Shown: piece after piece, positions 63,094 through 64,000 of the stretch
Layout: each line of letters opens with the position of its first letter
How positions within the stretch are numbered: the stretch's first letter is position 1
Program-made: the position numbers and the translations under genes
Assembly: GCA_009781445.1 (NCBI GenBank)
Contig: WQYD01000004.1
Span: forward strand, 6,768-70,767
Length of the DNA stretch: 64,000 nt
Origin: Bacillota bacterium
GTDB taxonomy: Bacteria; Bacillota; Clostridia; Christensenellales; DTU072
Direction: 5' to 3'
Notes under the pieces: model-generated
Told to the model about the DNA's origin: nothing
The model's database searches: none
The model's input: the letters and a program-made list of their open reading frames with translations, nothing else

Positions 63094-64000
63094 AACGCGT
63101 TTTGCACCAAGCCCCACGGGGTTCATGCACCTTGGAAACTTAAGAACCGCGCTTTATTGCTACCTTTTTGCAAAAAACGGTGGCGGTAAATTTATATTGC
63201 GCATTGAGGATACGGATAGAGAACGCGAGGTTAAAGGCGCGGTGGATATAATTTATGCCACGCTTGAAAGGTGCGGAATGGTTCTGGACGAATCCCCTAA
63301 AAACCCCGGAAAAGTCGCGCCTTATGTTCAAAGCGAAAGGTTGGACATTTATTTAAAGCACGCAAAAGAACTTGTTAAGCTAAAAGGCGCGTACTATTGT
63401 TTTTGCGATAAGGAAAGATTGGAATCCTTAAAGGACGAAAACGGTATCCGAAAGTACGATAAACATTGCCTTTCGCTTTCCGAAGAAGAAGTTAATAAAA
63501 GGATTAAAACTGAAAGTTTTGTGATACGGCAAAATGTGCCTGAAACGGGGGTTTCTTCGTACACAGATTTGGTTTACGGCAATGTGGCGGTGGAATGCAA
63601 AGAACTTGAGGATAACATTTTAATTAAATCAGACGGCTACCCCACTTATAACTTTGCAAATGTGGTAGACGATTATCTCATGGGCATAACCCATGTTTTC
63701 AGAGGGTGCGAATACCTAAGTTCCACACCCAAGTATAATTTGATTTATAGGGCTTTCGGCTGGAAAGAACCTAATTATATTCACCTTCCGCTTATAATGC
63801 GCGATCATTCGCACAAACTTTCAAAACGGCACGGTGACGCTAACTTTGAAGATTTTTATGAAAAGGGCTATCTTCCCGAAGCCATTATCAATTATATTGC
63901 CTTGCTTGGCTGGAGTCCTAAGAATAATGCGGAAAAAATGAGTTTACCCGAATTGATTGCCTCATTTTCAATAAGCGGAATAAATAAATCGCAAAGCATA
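63086..64000 (+). CDS. gltX: Glutamate--tRNA ligase (5' partial, runs off the window)
   Basis: Hand translation gives [30 protein letters not shown]...; KLSKRH (KMSKS-type) near 63815. The ATG overlaps the alaS stop (ATGATTAG). Confidence 0.9.
   Translation, partial: MIRTRFAPSPTGFMHLGNLRTALYCYLFAKNGGGKFILRIEDTDREREVKGAVDIIYATLERCGMVLDESPKNPGKVAPYVQSERLDIYLKHAKELVKLKGAYYCFCDKERLESLKDENGIRKYDKHCLSLSEEEVNKRIKTESFVIRQNVPETGVSSYTDLVYGNVAVECKELEDNILIKSDGYPTYNFANVVDDYLMGITHVFRGCEYLSSTPKYNLIYRAFGWKEPNYIHLPLIMRDHSHKLSKRHGDANFEDFYEKGYLPEAIINYIALLGWSPKNNAEKMSLPELIASFSISGINKSQSI

Overview
Origin-proximal chromosomal segment of a low-GC, anaerobic, spore-forming Firmicute (Clostridia-like). All calls come from reading motifs in the translations and the DNA; no database search was possible.

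Core genes present: rpmH-rnpA-yidD-yidC-jag-mnmE, dnaA-dnaN, rpsF-ssb-rpsR, mnmG, yabP-yabQ, alaS-gltX, pyruvate:ferredoxin oxidoreductase and rubrerythrin. There is also a glycerol-type operon (GlpA-like FAD dehydrogenase, a second FAD oxidoreductase fused to DUF1667, and an FGGY kinase), an ABC exporter pair and ApgM.

Accessory content:
- an m5C type II restriction-modification pair plus a possible HEPN gene;
- a GLUG-protein / membrane-protein / vWA / PP2C operon;
- a DUF6883/DUF4926-like pair;
- a RelE-type toxin-antitoxin pair next to a two-gene cassette of unknown function.

No tRNA, rRNA or CRISPR array was seen.

Three observations stand out:
1. Almost every intergenic gap holds a mosaic hairpin element. 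Each has a conserved 17-nt core (AATGAGATTTAGAWTCC, at least 25 copies) joined to interchangeable arms that are tandem 7-mers.
2. A ~4.4 kb ORF-free region (24.25-28.72 kb) carries five evenly spread parS-like palindromes that all share the same central G-to-A change. It also holds several GAAC-N4-GTTC (SOS-box-like) palindromes, an iteron-like ACATATGTTTT array and a strand-composition flip.
3. There are two origin-like loci. One is three perfect DnaA boxes at 30.3 kb, exactly where gene orientation switches. The other is an AT-rich dnaA-dnaN spacer bracketed by a perfect 32-bp inverted repeat made of repeat-element arms.
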